A DNA stretch of 64,000 bases from an uncultured bacterium (lineage in GTDB: Bacteria; Verrucomicrobiota; Verrucomicrobiia; Verrucomicrobiales; DEV007). The stretch lies in contig CAXBMO010000001.1 of NCBI GenBank assembly GCA_963977015.1, positions 32,001-96,000 of the forward strand, read 5' to 3'. The translations under genes and the position numbers were made by a program. Shown in pieces: positions 1-10,919 of this stretch (the stretch's first letter is position 1; every line of letters begins with the position of its first letter). The notes under the pieces were generated by a model, which saw only the letters and a program-made list of their open reading frames with translations, was not told the origin of the DNA and did no database searches.

Positions 1-342
1 GTTCATTTTATCGATTGGATCGTTGATGAACCCTATCGCATCGCGGAAATCGTTCCCGTCGAGACTGCGATGGAAGATGCATCGCTTCTCGATCCCTTTT
101 TGGATCGCATTGGGGAACTTCTCGCCGAAATGCGGGACGGAGACATTTCAATGCCGCCGCTGTTTGCTCAAGAGGAATGGAGACACGTGGAGCCTGAGAT
201 TTTGGTGGACTGGATCGCGAATTACTTCATCGAAGACATTCACGCCCGACACTTTTTGCTGAGTGAACCTCGACTTGTGGAGCGGTATCGATTCGTCACG
301 AACTGGATGGAAACGCAAGTCGCTGCGATTCGAAAAAGCTAG
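1..342 (+). CDS. LON peptidase substrate-binding (N-terminal) domain protein, 5'-truncated by the window
   Basis: Frame 1 is open from base 1 (VHFIDWIVDEPYRIAEIVP...). The W..EPYRIA motif and the helical 'LVDWIANY..R..LLSE..L.ERY' tail resemble stand-alone Lon-N proteins. Confidence 0.6.
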   Translation, partial: VHFIDWIVDEPYRIAEIVPVETAMEDASLLDPFLDRIGELLAEMRDGDISMPPLFAQEEWRHVEPEILVDWIANYFIEDIHARHFLLSEPRLVERYRFVTNWMETQVAAIRKS

Positions 343-352
343 CCTCAATCGC

Positions 353-1102
353 TCAAAGCAGGGTTCCTACCGATCCTCCATCGACCAGGATCGTTTGGCC
401 CGTGATCATGGCGGCCGGTTTCCCGGCAAGAAAAATCGCTGCGGCCGCGACTTCCTCAGGGGTGGCCAATCGTTTGGCCGGAACTTTTTCAACGGCGGCG
501 CTCAATGCTTCCGGAGTTGGGTGGAGCTGACGAATGCGTTGGGTGTCCGTTGCTCCCGGGGCGACGTTGTTCACCGTGATTCCTTCCGCCGCCACTTCCG
601 TTGCGAGGGTTCGTGCAAATCCGGTGACTCCGGCGCGAAAGGCGTTGGAAAGAGTGAGGTTGGCGACCGGTTCTTTGACCGAAAGGCTGGTGACATTGAT
701 GATGCGTCCCCATTTCGCGGCTCGCATCGCCGGCAGGCATTCGCGCGCCAGGCGAATGGCCGACATTAGCGTCAATTCGTAGCCCCGGGCCCAGGTTGCG
801 TCATCCAAGTCCGCAGCTGCGCCGGGAGGTGGGCCTCCGGCATTGACGACGAGAATTTCAGGATCACCAATTTGCTCCCGGGTTTGACTCAAGAGCGCGG
901 CGATGGCTTCCGGATCGCTCGCATCAGCGGGAATCGCGGCGACGGCTCCCGTCTCGACTCTTGCGCTTTCCAAGCTTGCCGTGTTTCGCGACGAAATGAC
1001 GACTTTCGCTCCTTCCTGCGCCAGTCCTTTCGCGATCGCAAAGCCGATTCCCTGGGAGGAGCCGGTAACCAGGGCGATTTTACCCGCAATATCCAGGTTC
1101 AT
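353..1102 (-). CDS. SDR family oxidoreductase (3-oxoacyl-ACP reductase-like)
   Basis: TGSSQGIG Rossmann motif, NAGGPPPG, SNAFRAG, VDGG C-terminus; overlaps the upstream gene by ATGA. Confidence 0.9.
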   Translation of the reverse strand: MNLDIAGKIALVTGSSQGIGFAIAKGLAQEGAKVVISSRNTASLESARVETGAVAAIPADASDPEAIAALLSQTREQIGDPEILVVNAGGPPPGAAADLDDATWARGYELTLMSAIRLARECLPAMRAAKWGRIINVTSLSVKEPVANLTLSNAFRAGVTGFARTLATEVAAEGITVNNVAPGATDTQRIRQLHPTPEALSAAVEKVPAKRLATPEEVAAAAIFLAGKPAAMITGQTILVDGGSVGTLL

Positions 1103-1917
1103 GATCCCAAGGTAGGAAATTCACCCCGTTCCAAGGCCGCTTCGTAGGCTTCGTTCAGGAGGTAATGTTCCCAAATCGCTTCGCCCAACACATCTTTGTC
1201 GGCTTTGCTGAATCCGAGGTGGAGGTGCCTTCGCCATCCTTCTGCATGTTGATATTTACCCGACATGCGGCCGACTTCGGCGGATGTCTCGTCCATGGAT
1301 TGAAGGTAGCTGTCCATGCCCTGGGTTTTATCGAGCCAGTCCTTTTGGCTCATGTGGGCGGCCAGCGCTTCCCGTTTGATGTCGTGAACATCAGTTGTGT
1401 CGACATAGGCTCCGGGAACGATTCGGCGCCGGAGCTGGTCACGCAATCCATGGGGCATCGCGTGATAAAGGGTGACCTCGTGAGCGACCGCTTCACTGGG
1501 GGGATGGGTTCCAAAATTCGGCATTCCACGTGCAAAAGCCGCCGTCACCACGATTCGCGAGGTGTTCATGTGGTCCTCCATGTAATCTTCCGGCGAATGG
1601 GTGAGGATGATGTCCGGTTTGACCTCGCGGAGCACGGCTGCGACTCGACGAACGGAGTCCACCTCATACACAATCTGAAGATCTTTGCCGGGCGAACCAT
1701 GAAATTTGGAACCGAGAATCGCTGATGCGGTTCTCGCCTCTTTGCCGCGAATTTCGATCGTTTGTTGAGGATTGAAGGTCATGCTTCCGCAATCTCCTCC
1801 ACTCAGTGTCATGTAGTGGGTTTCCCAGCCCGCATTGCGGAGGCGCAAGAGCGTTCCGGCGGCGACAAACTCGATATCATCAGGGTGGGCGAAGATGGCA
1901 AAGGCGACCTTGGGCAT
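1099..1917 (-). CDS. PIG-L/LmbE family deacetylase
   Basis: AHPDD and DYMEDH Zn-binding motifs; K.EALAAH.SQ. Confidence 0.9.
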   Translation of the reverse strand: MPKVAFAIFAHPDDIEFVAAGTLLRLRNAGWETHYMTLSGGDCGSMTFNPQQTIEIRGKEARTASAILGSKFHGSPGKDLQIVYEVDSVRRVAAVLREVKPDIILTHSPEDYMEDHMNTSRIVVTAAFARGMPNFGTHPPSEAVAHEVTLYHAMPHGLRDQLRRRIVPGAYVDTTDVHDIKREALAAHMSQKDWLDKTQGMDSYLQSMDETSAEVGRMSGKYQHAEGWRRHLHLGFSKADKDVLGEAIWEHYLLNEAYEAALERGEFPTLGS

Positions 1918-1948
1918 GGCGCAAACCTAACGAGGCGTGAGCTGAAAC

Positions 1949-2572
1949 TCAAGCTTCCAAATCCTGGCCGACGTAGTGGATGGCCCGGAACCCAAATTTC
2001 TCGCCGGCGCGGATATTGGGCTCCAGATCGTCGATGTAGATCGTATTGCCGGGATCAATCCCAAACTTGGTGATGGTGTGTTCGTAAATGGCCGGATCGG
2101 GCTTGGCGGAACCGGCTTCGTGGCTGAAAACCCAGTCGTCAAAACACCGGAAAACGGGGTAGTCATTCATGAAGTGATCGACATGAAGCTGGTTCGTGTT
2201 TGAAAGCAGCAGCATGCGATGACCTTCGCTTTTGAGCCGTTCAATCATCTTTGCGACGGGCTCGTTCAGCGTGAAAATGTGCTGCCAGGCCTTGATGAAG
2301 GCTTCGCGGGTTCCCCGGTAGCCGATCGTCTCAAACGCCAACTTCAAAAAGTCCTCCGTTTCCATGGTCGATGCCTCCATTTCGGACTTCGGATCGGCGA
2401 TCATCTCCAAAAGTCGCGGGACGGGGACCTCGCAATCCGCTTCAATCGCTTTGGCGAACTTCTCGAAGTCAAAAAAGAGGATCACGTTTCCGATGTCGAA
2501 GAGGTAGTCGGGCTTGGCCATGGTTGGATCTATCGGTTTCGGGCGAACGGTTTCAAGTGCCAAGTCCGTCAT
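1949..2572 (-). CDS. HAD family phosphatase (YihX-like)
   Basis: FDIGNV motif I, LLSNTN, KPDPAIY, YIDD..PN. True start may be the internal Met (MAKPDY). Confidence 0.88.
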   Translation of the reverse strand: MTDLALETVRPKPIDPTMAKPDYLFDIGNVILFFDFEKFAKAIEADCEVPVPRLLEMIADPKSEMEASTMETEDFLKLAFETIGYRGTREAFIKAWQHIFTLNEPVAKMIERLKSEGHRMLLLSNTNQLHVDHFMNDYPVFRCFDDWVFSHEAGSAKPDPAIYEHTITKFGIDPGNTIYIDDLEPNIRAGEKFGFRAIHYVGQDLEA

Positions 2573-2620
2573 TCACGAAGCTTGAAACCTGAGACTCGCG
2601 CTCGTAAGACTTTTTCCACG

Positions 2621-3652
2621 ATGAAAGCCCTGACCCTGACCGCATACAACGAATTTCGCTATGAAGACGCGCCGGACCCCGAGATGGGACCCGATGACGT
2701 GATTATTGGCGTGAAGGCATGTGGAATTTGCGGGAGCGACATTCACGGCATGGACGGATCCAGCGGACGGCGCATTCCTCCGATCATCATGGGACACGAA
2801 GCGGCGGGCGAAATCGTGAAAACCGGGGACAACGTAAAGGATTGGAAGGTTGGCGATCGTGTCGCTTTTGATTCGATGATTTTTTGCGGGAAATGCGAAG
2901 CTTGTCAGTCCGGGCACACCAACCTTTGTCCCGAACGCCGTGTGATCGGGGTTTCCTGCGAAGATTACCGGCGTCACGGTGCCTTTGCCGAATTGGTCCA
3001 GATTCCCCAGCACATTCTCGTCCCGATGCCGGAAGGGCTCAGTTTCGAGGAGGCTGCGTTTGGCGAGCCGGTTGGGGTTGCGCTTCATGCCGTCGGATTG
3101 GTTTCGCCGGAGAAGGGCGATGTCGCGGTCGTCGTTGGCGCCGGTTTGATTGGCTTGCTCGTGGTTCAAGCGCTGAAGCGCGCTGGGTGTGAGCGGGTTC
3201 TCGCGGTTGATCTCGATGAAAAACGTTTGGAATTGGCCAAGGAACTTGGTGCGGATGCCGCCGTCAATTCGGGGGCGGAAGACGTTCTCGATCAGATTCG
3301 GGCTTGGACGGGAGGCGATGGCGCGGACATCGCGATGGAGGTGGTGGGAATCTCGCCGACCATTAATCTGGCCGTCAGATCGGTTCGCAAAGGCGGCAAA
3401 GTCGGGGCTGTTGGCAACTTGAAAGCTACCGTCGATTTTCCACTCCAGGATGTCGTGACTCGAGAAATCACCGTTTATGGATCCTGCGCTTCGGCTGGAG
3501 AATATGAAGAAGCACTTCAAGCCGTTTCCTCTGGCGAGATCAGCGTCAAGCCGCTGATTAGCGCTTCTGCGCCGATCCGTGAAGGTGGAGACTGGTTTCA
3601 GAAGCTCTACAACAAGGAGGGTGACCTGTTGAAAGTGATCCTTCATCCCTAA
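2621..3652 (+). CDS. Zinc-dependent sugar-alcohol dehydrogenase (galactitol-1-P/sorbitol dehydrogenase-like)
   Basis: GICGSD, GHE, CGKCEAC...C structural Zn site, GAGLIG; start set at MKALTL (ATG 2621). Confidence 0.92.
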   Translation: MKALTLTAYNEFRYEDAPDPEMGPDDVIIGVKACGICGSDIHGMDGSSGRRIPPIIMGHEAAGEIVKTGDNVKDWKVGDRVAFDSMIFCGKCEACQSGHTNLCPERRVIGVSCEDYRRHGAFAELVQIPQHILVPMPEGLSFEEAAFGEPVGVALHAVGLVSPEKGDVAVVVGAGLIGLLVVQALKRAGCERVLAVDLDEKRLELAKELGADAAVNSGAEDVLDQIRAWTGGDGADIAMEVVGISPTINLAVRSVRKGGKVGAVGNLKATVDFPLQDVVTREITVYGSCASAGEYEEALQAVSSGEISVKPLISASAPIREGGDWFQKLYNKEGDLLKVILHP

Positions 3653-3856
3653 GGCGGGGGCGTTTGAACCTTCTCACAAAGCCCCGAACAGCATTTCCTG
3701 TCGGGAAAAGCGCCGCATCTTTAGATCACGCGAAGCGTAACCCATTTGAGCGAGACGTTGTCTAACAACGAGACAAGTTTTCTCTGAAAACTTGTTGCAG
3801 CAAAGTTAACACCGTAAAAATGTAAGCCAGTGTTAGTATCTTCGTTCGCCTAGGAC

Positions 3857-5065
3857 TTGATGGATTTGTTCCGAATATTTGCCCCTTTTGTTCGATTGAC
3901 TGCTGTAGCCGCGTTGGCTTTAGCGGCGACGAGTTGTGCGATCTATCCCGATACTCCAGTTTGGAAAACCAAAATGGCAAAGGGAAAGCACATTAAAAAC
4001 CTTTCGGAACGGAGTTTGCTCCGAAAAGCTCGTCAGGATACGGTTGACCATGGCTTGTCTGAGGCTCGGGAGGAGTTGCTCGTGAATCTGCGCAATCTCG
4101 ATGCCAAGAATGGGTTGCTGGAAACCCGACTTTCCATGGCGACTGCAAATCCTGGGATGGTCTTCGAGGATGCGATTCGAACCATGCCGAAGAGTGAGCG
4201 GTCCAAAGTCGGCTTTTTGATGGTGCCGGGAATGCGCCGGGGGGTTGATGATCCTCACACTTCCAAAGAGTTGCTGGATGCCGCATCGGACGAATGCCGA
4301 AAGTATGGCTTCTCTGCAATGGTTGTCGACACGGTGCCTGATGGTCCCGCGATTACCAATGCTCCGTTGTTTGCTCCGCAGTTTGAAAAAATGCTTCGGG
4401 AAAAGGAAAGCGTGATCATCGTAACGGCATCGAAAGGGGCAACCGATCTGGTCCATTACCTCTTCTTCGAAGGCAAAGAGCTCGAACCGGAATTGCGTTC
4501 CCGGATCAAAATGATTTTCACCCTCGCCGGGCCACTTCAAGGAGCCTACATGGCCAATTGGGCCGCGACGAATCCCAGGTTTGTGCCTTTTCTCATTCGG
4601 ATTACGGCGGGCCGTCCGCCTTATCGCTATCGCCTCACCGCGATTCGCGAAATGGGATCTTCCTTGTGGGGAAAAGAAGAAGAGAACGCCTGGCTTTCCG
4701 AAACCTATCCCAATCTTACCTGGGTCAGTTTGGTGATGGTTTCCGATGGACCGAACGGACTGATTGGAGACACTCCGTATTGGCCGCCAAGTTTGCTTGA
4801 GCGAGTCTTCTACACCTCACATCTCTACAGCCCCAATGATGGGCTCGTTGAATCAGCATCTGCAGTTTTGCCTCCGGGGACCGGTGTGGAGCAGTGGGTG
4901 GTACGCGGTCGTGGAGCTCATGCGGTTCCGCTCGGGAAATACCCGGACGGAACCCCGATTGCCGGGAATACGCAGGGCGATGTTCGGGATGATATCAATC
5001 CTGAGGCCGGTCAGGAGATGTTCAGCGCGTTGTTGCGCAGCTTGCCGCGCTCCGTGTTAAAGTGA
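3857..5065 (+). CDS. Putative lipoprotein with alpha/beta-hydrolase (lipase-like) fold
   Basis: Lipobox-like LAATS-C, nucleophile elbow T-A-S-K-G, NDGLV and a distal His (GAH). Confidence 0.6.
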   Translation: MMDLFRIFAPFVRLTAVAALALAATSCAIYPDTPVWKTKMAKGKHIKNLSERSLLRKARQDTVDHGLSEAREELLVNLRNLDAKNGLLETRLSMATANPGMVFEDAIRTMPKSERSKVGFLMVPGMRRGVDDPHTSKELLDAASDECRKYGFSAMVVDTVPDGPAITNAPLFAPQFEKMLREKESVIIVTASKGATDLVHYLFFEGKELEPELRSRIKMIFTLAGPLQGAYMANWAATNPRFVPFLIRITAGRPPYRYRLTAIREMGSSLWGKEEENAWLSETYPNLTWVSLVMVSDGPNGLIGDTPYWPPSLLERVFYTSHLYSPNDGLVESASAVLPPGTGVEQWVVRGRGAHAVPLGKYPDGTPIAGNTQGDVRDDINPEAGQEMFSALLRSLPRSVLK

Positions 5066-5068
5066 GCC

Positions 5069-6373
5069 ATGTTTCGGCTTGCCTGTTTTCTCCTGATCAG
5101 CGCCTCGTTGGCGGTTGGTCAGACTGACTGGCCTCATTTTCGGGGCCCGCTTTTCACCGGGGAAGCTCCCGAGGCGAATCCTCCTGTCGAATGGAGCGAA
5201 ACCCGGAACCTTCGTTGGAAGACCGAGCTTCCCGGGTTGGGGCACTCCTCACCCATTGTCTGGGGCGATCAGATTTTTCTCACGTCGGCGATTCCGGTTG
5301 GTGACCCGTTGCCCGAACCCAAATTCAGCGGGCGCGAGGGAGCGCACAACAATTTACCGATCACGCACCGGCAGCGATTTGTGGTTCTGTCGGTCGATCG
5401 ACAAAGTGGTGAACTTCTCTGGGAAACCCAGGTCAACGAGGCTCTGCCGCATGAAGGTGGTCACGAGACGGGAAGTCTCGCGTCAGCTTCGATCGTCACG
5501 GATGGGGAGCGTGTTTACGCCTTTTTCGGTTCCTACGGGCTCTTTTGCCTCGATTTGGATGGTCGCGTGATTTGGACGGCGAATTTTGGGGCGATGCATT
5601 CCAAACATGGTCATGGCGAAGGGGCGTCACCTCTCGTCGCCAATGACTTTGTGATCGTGAACTGGGATCATGAGGAGGATTCCTCACTTTCCGCGTTCGA
5701 TCGAAGAACCGGGGAACTCCAATGGCAAACCAAGCGCGATGAAAAGACTTCCTGGGCCTCACCGATTGCCGCGAAGGTGGATGGGAAAATGCAGGTCATC
5801 GTGAGTGGGACGAAGGCCGTTCGCGGCTATGATCTCGAGACCGGGGATGTCATTTGGGAATGCGGGCCGCTTTCGGCCAATGTGGTGGCTTCACCGCTTT
5901 ATCAAGATGGCGTCGTTTACGCCATGAGCAGCTACACCTTCCAGGCGGGGTTTGCGGTGCGAATCTCTGACGGCGCGAAAGGGGATTTGTCGGGATCGGA
6001 TCGAGTGCTTTGGCGACGAACCCGACGCACGCCCTACATCCCGACTCCGCTGCTGACTGATGGTGTTCTCTACTTTTTGGCGCATTATCAGGGCGTGCTT
6101 TCCCGTGTGGTGGCCGAGACGGGCGAAGAAGCGACAGGACCGTTTCGGATCCCGGGAATGCGCGAGGTCTACGCTTCGCCGGTTGCGGCAAAGGGACGGC
6201 TCTATTTCGTCGACCGGAGTGGCGCTACGCTGGTGCTTTCGAGCGATCCGGAACCGAAACCGTTGGCTCTGAATCAGCTCGACGATCGTTTCAGCGCCAC
6301 TCCTGCCTTGTCTGGCGACATGTTGATTTTGCGCGGAGAGCGCCACCTGTATGGCATTCAGGCTGCCGACTGA
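5069..6373 (+). CDS. PQQ-binding-like beta-propeller repeat protein (secreted)
   Basis: Signal peptide, DWPHFRGP, repeated SSP/ASP and G..xW blades typical of PVC-superphylum propellers. Confidence 0.9.
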   Translation: MFRLACFLLISASLAVGQTDWPHFRGPLFTGEAPEANPPVEWSETRNLRWKTELPGLGHSSPIVWGDQIFLTSAIPVGDPLPEPKFSGREGAHNNLPITHRQRFVVLSVDRQSGELLWETQVNEALPHEGGHETGSLASASIVTDGERVYAFFGSYGLFCLDLDGRVIWTANFGAMHSKHGHGEGASPLVANDFVIVNWDHEEDSSLSAFDRRTGELQWQTKRDEKTSWASPIAAKVDGKMQVIVSGTKAVRGYDLETGDVIWECGPLSANVVASPLYQDGVVYAMSSYTFQAGFAVRISDGAKGDLSGSDRVLWRRTRRTPYIPTPLLTDGVLYFLAHYQGVLSRVVAETGEEATGPFRIPGMREVYASPVAAKGRLYFVDRSGATLVLSSDPEPKPLALNQLDDRFSATPALSGDMLILRGERHLYGIQAAD

Positions 6374-7585
6374 TCAGGATTCACTCGGAATGAATTCCGC
6401 GTGCAACGCCCGCACCGCGTCCTCAATTTCTCCGCTGGGAAGAATCCAGGTGATCCGGAACGATGACGTAAAGACTTCGCGAGTCTGAAACGCCGCCAGA
6501 ATCCTGAGACCTCGCCTCAGATTGTTGTGATTCGCGTTGATACCTGCTCCAATGACGCTCACCGCCCCAAAATGGCGCGAGAGTTTCGCCGCTTCTCCAA
6601 ACTGGTCGTTGAGTTTCGTCTCAAAGGTTTCGCTCTGATGGAGATTCTCATTGGAGATCACCATCGAGATCTGGGATTTGCCGGCATCACCGGCCAGAAT
6701 TTGGACCTGTTTCGCACCGATCTCCAATTGGTCCATGCTTTGCAACAGGGCGCCTGGATCATCCACCTCAGCACTCAACAGGCTGATCGATTTTTCGCTC
6801 GCCACTCCGGATACGGAACCCGGCGCTGCTGGAGAAAACTTGCGAACCACGGTTCCGTCGCGAGTCGGATCATCATCCGGCAATGGACCGGAGGTTGCTC
6901 GCGCGTAAATCGCAATGCCGGACTCTTTTGCGAATTCAACGGCCTGCGCGTTCAGGACCTTGGCGCCCGATTCCGCCATTTCCTGGGTTTCTTCGTAGGA
7001 AAGCTCGGGAATCCGTTTCGCGTTGGGAACGATTCGGGGATCGGCGGTGTAAACGCCATCGACATCGGAACAAATTTCGCACCATTCCGCATCCAGTGCT
7101 GCCGCCAAGGCAACGGCTGTGGTGTCACTACCGCCTCTCCCTAACGTCGTGATTTCGCGTTTGTAGGACATGCCCTGATAGCCTGCCACAATCACGATCT
7201 TGCCTCGCGCCAACTCGTCCTCGACTCGAATGGGACGGACCTCGATAATCTTCGCGTCGACGTGGCGATCGTTGGTCAAAATCCCAGCCTGGCTCCCCGT
7301 AAAACTGATCGATTCGCCTCCGCCATCTCGAATCGCCATGCTCAAAAGCGCCATGCTGATGCGCTCTCCCGCCGTCAGCAGCATGTCCAATTCGCGACGC
7401 TCCGGCGCTGGGCAGATCGCTTTGGAGAGGGCCAGCAACTCATCAGTCGTTTTCCCCATCGCCGAAACCACGACGACGACAGAATGGCCAAGTCGCTGAG
7501 TTTCAAGGACTCGCTTCGCGACCTGCTTGAGTTTATCCGGGCTGGCAACGGAACTGCCGCCATATTTTTGAACGACGATCGACAT
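6374..7585 (-). CDS. lysC: Aspartate kinase
   Basis: [39 protein letters not shown]-terminal ACT-like region. Confidence 0.93.
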   Translation of the reverse strand: MSIVVQKYGGSSVASPDKLKQVAKRVLETQRLGHSVVVVVSAMGKTTDELLALSKAICPAPERRELDMLLTAGERISMALLSMAIRDGGGESISFTGSQAGILTNDRHVDAKIIEVRPIRVEDELARGKIVIVAGYQGMSYKREITTLGRGGSDTTAVALAAALDAEWCEICSDVDGVYTADPRIVPNAKRIPELSYEETQEMAESGAKVLNAQAVEFAKESGIAIYARATSGPLPDDDPTRDGTVVRKFSPAAPGSVSGVASEKSISLLSAEVDDPGALLQSMDQLEIGAKQVQILAGDAGKSQISMVISNENLHQSETFETKLNDQFGEAAKLSRHFGAVSVIGAGINANHNNLRRGLRILAAFQTREVFTSSFRITWILPSGEIEDAVRALHAEFIPSES

Positions 7586-7909
7586 GATTCTAGTTCACAA
7601 CGCAAAGTGAAAATGGCGAGTGCGAAATTGGCGGAAGTTCGCGCGTTTTACTGATTCCATAATTTGCATACCAATTGTGCGTTTTGTAAAAAATGCGACT
7701 CACACTTGCAGAATGAACAATCCCTTACGAAGATCCCATTGAGGCCTGCCCAGGAACCCAGTTGTTGGAAGACGCAAATCTGTTTCTGATCTCTCAGAAT
7801 TGGAGTAAGTCGTTCCTCGAAAACCTGTCAGGCTTCACGTGTTTAATAATTGTTGAACTTTTAGAGCCGCTGGTTAGTTTCGACACTAACAGTTCTCCCC
7901 AATCACACC

Positions 7910-9364
7910 GTGAAAATTCTGATAACCAATTTCCGGCTGGCCGAACGGACCGCATCGGAGATTTACGCGCGCGACATTGCCAAGGCTCTCGTCGCGGGAG
8001 GAAATACGGTCGCGGTTTTCGCTTCAAAAAAAGGGGCGATCGCTTCGGAACTCGAGGAATGCGGCATTCCCGTTCTGGAGCATCCTTCGGATGTTCCCTT
8101 TCAACCTGACATCATTCATGGTCAGTTCAATCTGGAGACGATCACCGCGCTTCTGAGTTTTCCTGACGTTCCCGCGGTGTTCATGAGTCACGGCTCCCAG
8201 CAGTGGCGAGGTCAACCTCCCCGCCACCCGCGAATCCTGCGTTACATTGCGCATTCCGCACGAGTGGGGGACTGGTTGCTCAATCAACTCGGACTCAGCA
8301 AACGCTCCTTTCTTCTCGTGCCGAACTTCATTGAGATGGATCGCTTTCAAGAGATCCGTCGCTTGCCGGAAGAGCCTCGCCGGGCCCTGATTTACGATCG
8401 CGGAACGGCTCCGGGACGGCATTTGGATGCAATCCATCAAGCCTGCCGGTATGCGGGAATCGAACTGGATGTGATTTCCGAATTGGTCGGGAAAACATCA
8501 ACCCGCCCCGAAGTGTTGCTTCCGCAGTATGATTTGGTGTTTGCGGCTGGCAGACCCGCGATTGAGGCTTTGGCTTCGGGATGTGGCGTCATTACGCTCA
8601 ACGGAGGTCAGATCGGGAACCTGGTTACGACTGACAATTACGAGGCGATTCGGGATTGTAACTTTTCGCTCGACGATCAGCGCAAGGGACAATCCCAGAC
8701 CGTCGAAGAAATTCTCCTCGAAATCCAGAAATGGGATTGGCGCCGCCTCGCCCCGGTTCCGCGCCGGGTTCGGGAGGAACTCGATACCAAGATCGCCCGG
8801 ACGCGTCTTGAGCGGCTCTATCGGAAAACGATTCGCGACTTTGCCGACAATCCAGTGGATCCCCGCGACGAGTTTCCAGCCTTGGCGGAGTGGTTGATCA
8901 AGATGGCCGATCAGCACCATGCGGTGGATAGCGGCTTCCTCGCGATCCAAAACCGCGTTTCCAGTCTGCGGAACGATGGACGGAGAACGGAGGAACGGAA
9001 GGACAAATTGGCCCAGCAATTGGAGGCGGAAAAAGAGAAAGTGCGGGCTGCCAGACGTCTCCTGAATGACGGAAACCTCGTTCACCGGGGGTTGCGGAAG
9101 CGCATCGAAGGCGAGTGGAAGGAAATTGCCAAGAAAGGCGACGATGACCACTTCCTGCCCGCTGCGAAGAGCGCCAGCAGCATCGCCGCGCTGAAGCCGA
9201 AACCCAAGTCGAGCTTCACCGAAAATCACCTGCTTACCGAGGAGAATGGATTCGTCTTTGCCGAGGGCGTGGCAACGAACGGTTTTGAAAAGGGGCTGCC
9301 TCCGGCGAAGTTTCCCGACAAAGGGGAAGCCAAGGTGCGCTTCGGGATTGAATTACCACGATAA
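7910..9364 (+). CDS. Glycosyltransferase family 4-like protein with C-terminal coiled-coil extension
   Basis: GTG start MKILITN, PDIIHG, EALASGC GT-B motifs; charged helical tail. Confidence 0.75.
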   Translation: MKILITNFRLAERTASEIYARDIAKALVAGGNTVAVFASKKGAIASELEECGIPVLEHPSDVPFQPDIIHGQFNLETITALLSFPDVPAVFMSHGSQQWRGQPPRHPRILRYIAHSARVGDWLLNQLGLSKRSFLLVPNFIEMDRFQEIRRLPEEPRRALIYDRGTAPGRHLDAIHQACRYAGIELDVISELVGKTSTRPEVLLPQYDLVFAAGRPAIEALASGCGVITLNGGQIGNLVTTDNYEAIRDCNFSLDDQRKGQSQTVEEILLEIQKWDWRRLAPVPRRVREELDTKIARTRLERLYRKTIRDFADNPVDPRDEFPALAEWLIKMADQHHAVDSGFLAIQNRVSSLRNDGRRTEERKDKLAQQLEAEKEKVRAARRLLNDGNLVHRGLRKRIEGEWKEIAKKGDDDHFLPAAKSASSIAALKPKPKSSFTENHLLTEENGFVFAEGVATNGFEKGLPPAKFPDKGEAKVRFGIELPR

Positions 9365-9483
9365 GGTTGGTGTTGGCGGACGGACGAAATTCGGTTTTCG
9401 CTGGGAGAGCTGAATCGTTTCGATAGCGCATTCCGGCTTTGGTCGCTTGGAGTCAGTCAGCACTCATCGATGAGAAACCCTTC

Positions 9484-10191
9484 ATGCCGCGAACCACGAC
9501 TCAAATTCGGATAATCCTGGCGCTGAGCTTTGGCCTCAGTTTTCCGCTGGTTTCCAATTCATTGTATTTCGTGGTCGCGGAAAACCCGGTTTTGGCCCGG
9601 ATCGGGTATTTTGCTTCCAAAGCGACTCTCCTCGCGTGGCCACTGGTTTGCTTCTACTTCCTCTTGCCCAGGCAACCGGGTGAAACACGACCAGGTCCCG
9701 CGAAAAAACAGATTGGATGGTCGCTTTTCATTGGGGTGCAAACTGGAGTCATCATCGTCGCTGCGATCGTCTTTCTGATGCAAACACCCCTCGGAGACGT
9801 GGTGCGGGAAGGCGGGGACGCCGTCAAGGATCGCGTGAGTCAACTCGGGTTTGACCGGAATTTTCTGGTCACCGCGCTCCTCATCTCCAGCGTTCATGCT
9901 GCGCTTGAGGAATACTACTGGCGTTGGTTCGCCTGGGGGCAGCTACGGCGCTTTGTGCCGGGAGGCTGGTCCCATGTCATCGCCGGATTCGCCTTCGCCG
10001 CGCATCACTACGTCATCGTCTGGGTATTTTTTACCCCATGGTTCGCGATTTTACTCGGAACCATGGTTGCCGTTGGCGGGATGATCTGGAGCGTCCTCTA
10101 TCAACGCACGGGAACGCTGATCGGGGCGTGGATCAGTCACATGTTCGTCGATCTCGCGATTTTTTGGGTCGGCTGGACCTTGATCCAGTGA
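9484..10191 (+). CDS. CPBP (CAAX/Abi) family intramembrane metalloprotease
   Basis: EEYYWR, FAAHH, SHMFVD motifs; multiple transmembrane (TM) segments. Confidence 0.9.
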   Translation: MPRTTTQIRIILALSFGLSFPLVSNSLYFVVAENPVLARIGYFASKATLLAWPLVCFYFLLPRQPGETRPGPAKKQIGWSLFIGVQTGVIIVAAIVFLMQTPLGDVVREGGDAVKDRVSQLGFDRNFLVTALLISSVHAALEEYYWRWFAWGQLRRFVPGGWSHVIAGFAFAAHHYVIVWVFFTPWFAILLGTMVAVGGMIWSVLYQRTGTLIGAWISHMFVDLAIFWVGWTLIQ

Positions 10192-10200
10192 TCTGGCGTT

Positions 10201-10842
10201 CTAAACATCCAGAAAGTCGACCACGCCGGTTTCCAGCGAGTATTCGGCACCAACGACCATTAGACCGTTGTCCTGAATCAGGCTTTCGAGAATTGCGGAA
10301 CCGTTGCGAAGCTGGTTGACGGACGCCCGGATATTGGCGCGAATCGCGATTTCGAGCAATTCTTCGGGACTCTTTCCGGATTCCGCTTCGACCAGGGTCT
10401 CAACCGCTGGGCGAATGCGATTGACGATCGATCTGAGATTGGGAGAGCGATTTTCCTGGGGAGTTTCCAGCTGATCCAGGGTTGCCTGGACGGCGCCGCA
10501 CATGGAATGCCCCATCACGACGACGAGAGGAGTCCCAAACTGGCTTGCCGCGAATTCGACGCTGCCGATCTGAGACGGAGCGACGATGTTTCCGGCAACC
10601 CGGATGACAAAGAGATCGCCCAGGCCCTGATCGAAAATGAGTTCTCCGGGAACACGTGAGTCGGAACAACCCAGAAGGATTGCGAACGGCGTTTGGCCCG
10701 AGACCAGTTCGCTGCGACGTTCCTGGCTGGGATGAGAGTGGAGACCGCGGACGTCAGCCTGAAACCTGAGGTTTCCTTCCTTGAGTCGTTCGAGAGCTTC
10801 TTGTGCGCTTTCCATGATGATTGAAGTGTTCAGTTCGTCCAT
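10201..10842 (-). CDS. Beta-class carbonic anhydrase
   Basis: CSDSRV, GDLFVIRVAGN, H..CGA Zn ligands. Confidence 0.95.
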   Translation of the reverse strand: MDELNTSIIMESAQEALERLKEGNLRFQADVRGLHSHPSQERRSELVSGQTPFAILLGCSDSRVPGELIFDQGLGDLFVIRVAGNIVAPSQIGSVEFAASQFGTPLVVVMGHSMCGAVQATLDQLETPQENRSPNLRSIVNRIRPAVETLVEAESGKSPEELLEIAIRANIRASVNQLRNGSAILESLIQDNGLMVVGAEYSLETGVVDFLDV

Positions 10843-10919
10843 CGTTGCTGTCAGGCAGCGTCACAGTCAATACGGAAGTTTTCGATTGCTGCATTGGTTC
10901 CAGACTCCAACTTTCTGAA

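Noticed and set aside
5063-5071. TGA-GCC-ATG places the lipase-like gene in frame with the propeller gene; with selA present, Sec read-through was considered
   Set aside because: The downstream gene has its own signal peptide, the UGA is not at a catalytic Cys-like position, and no convincing SECIS follows.
7586-7909. Lysine riboswitch upstream of lysC
   Set aside because: No recognisable L-box consensus or terminator; it looks like an AT-rich divergent promoter region.
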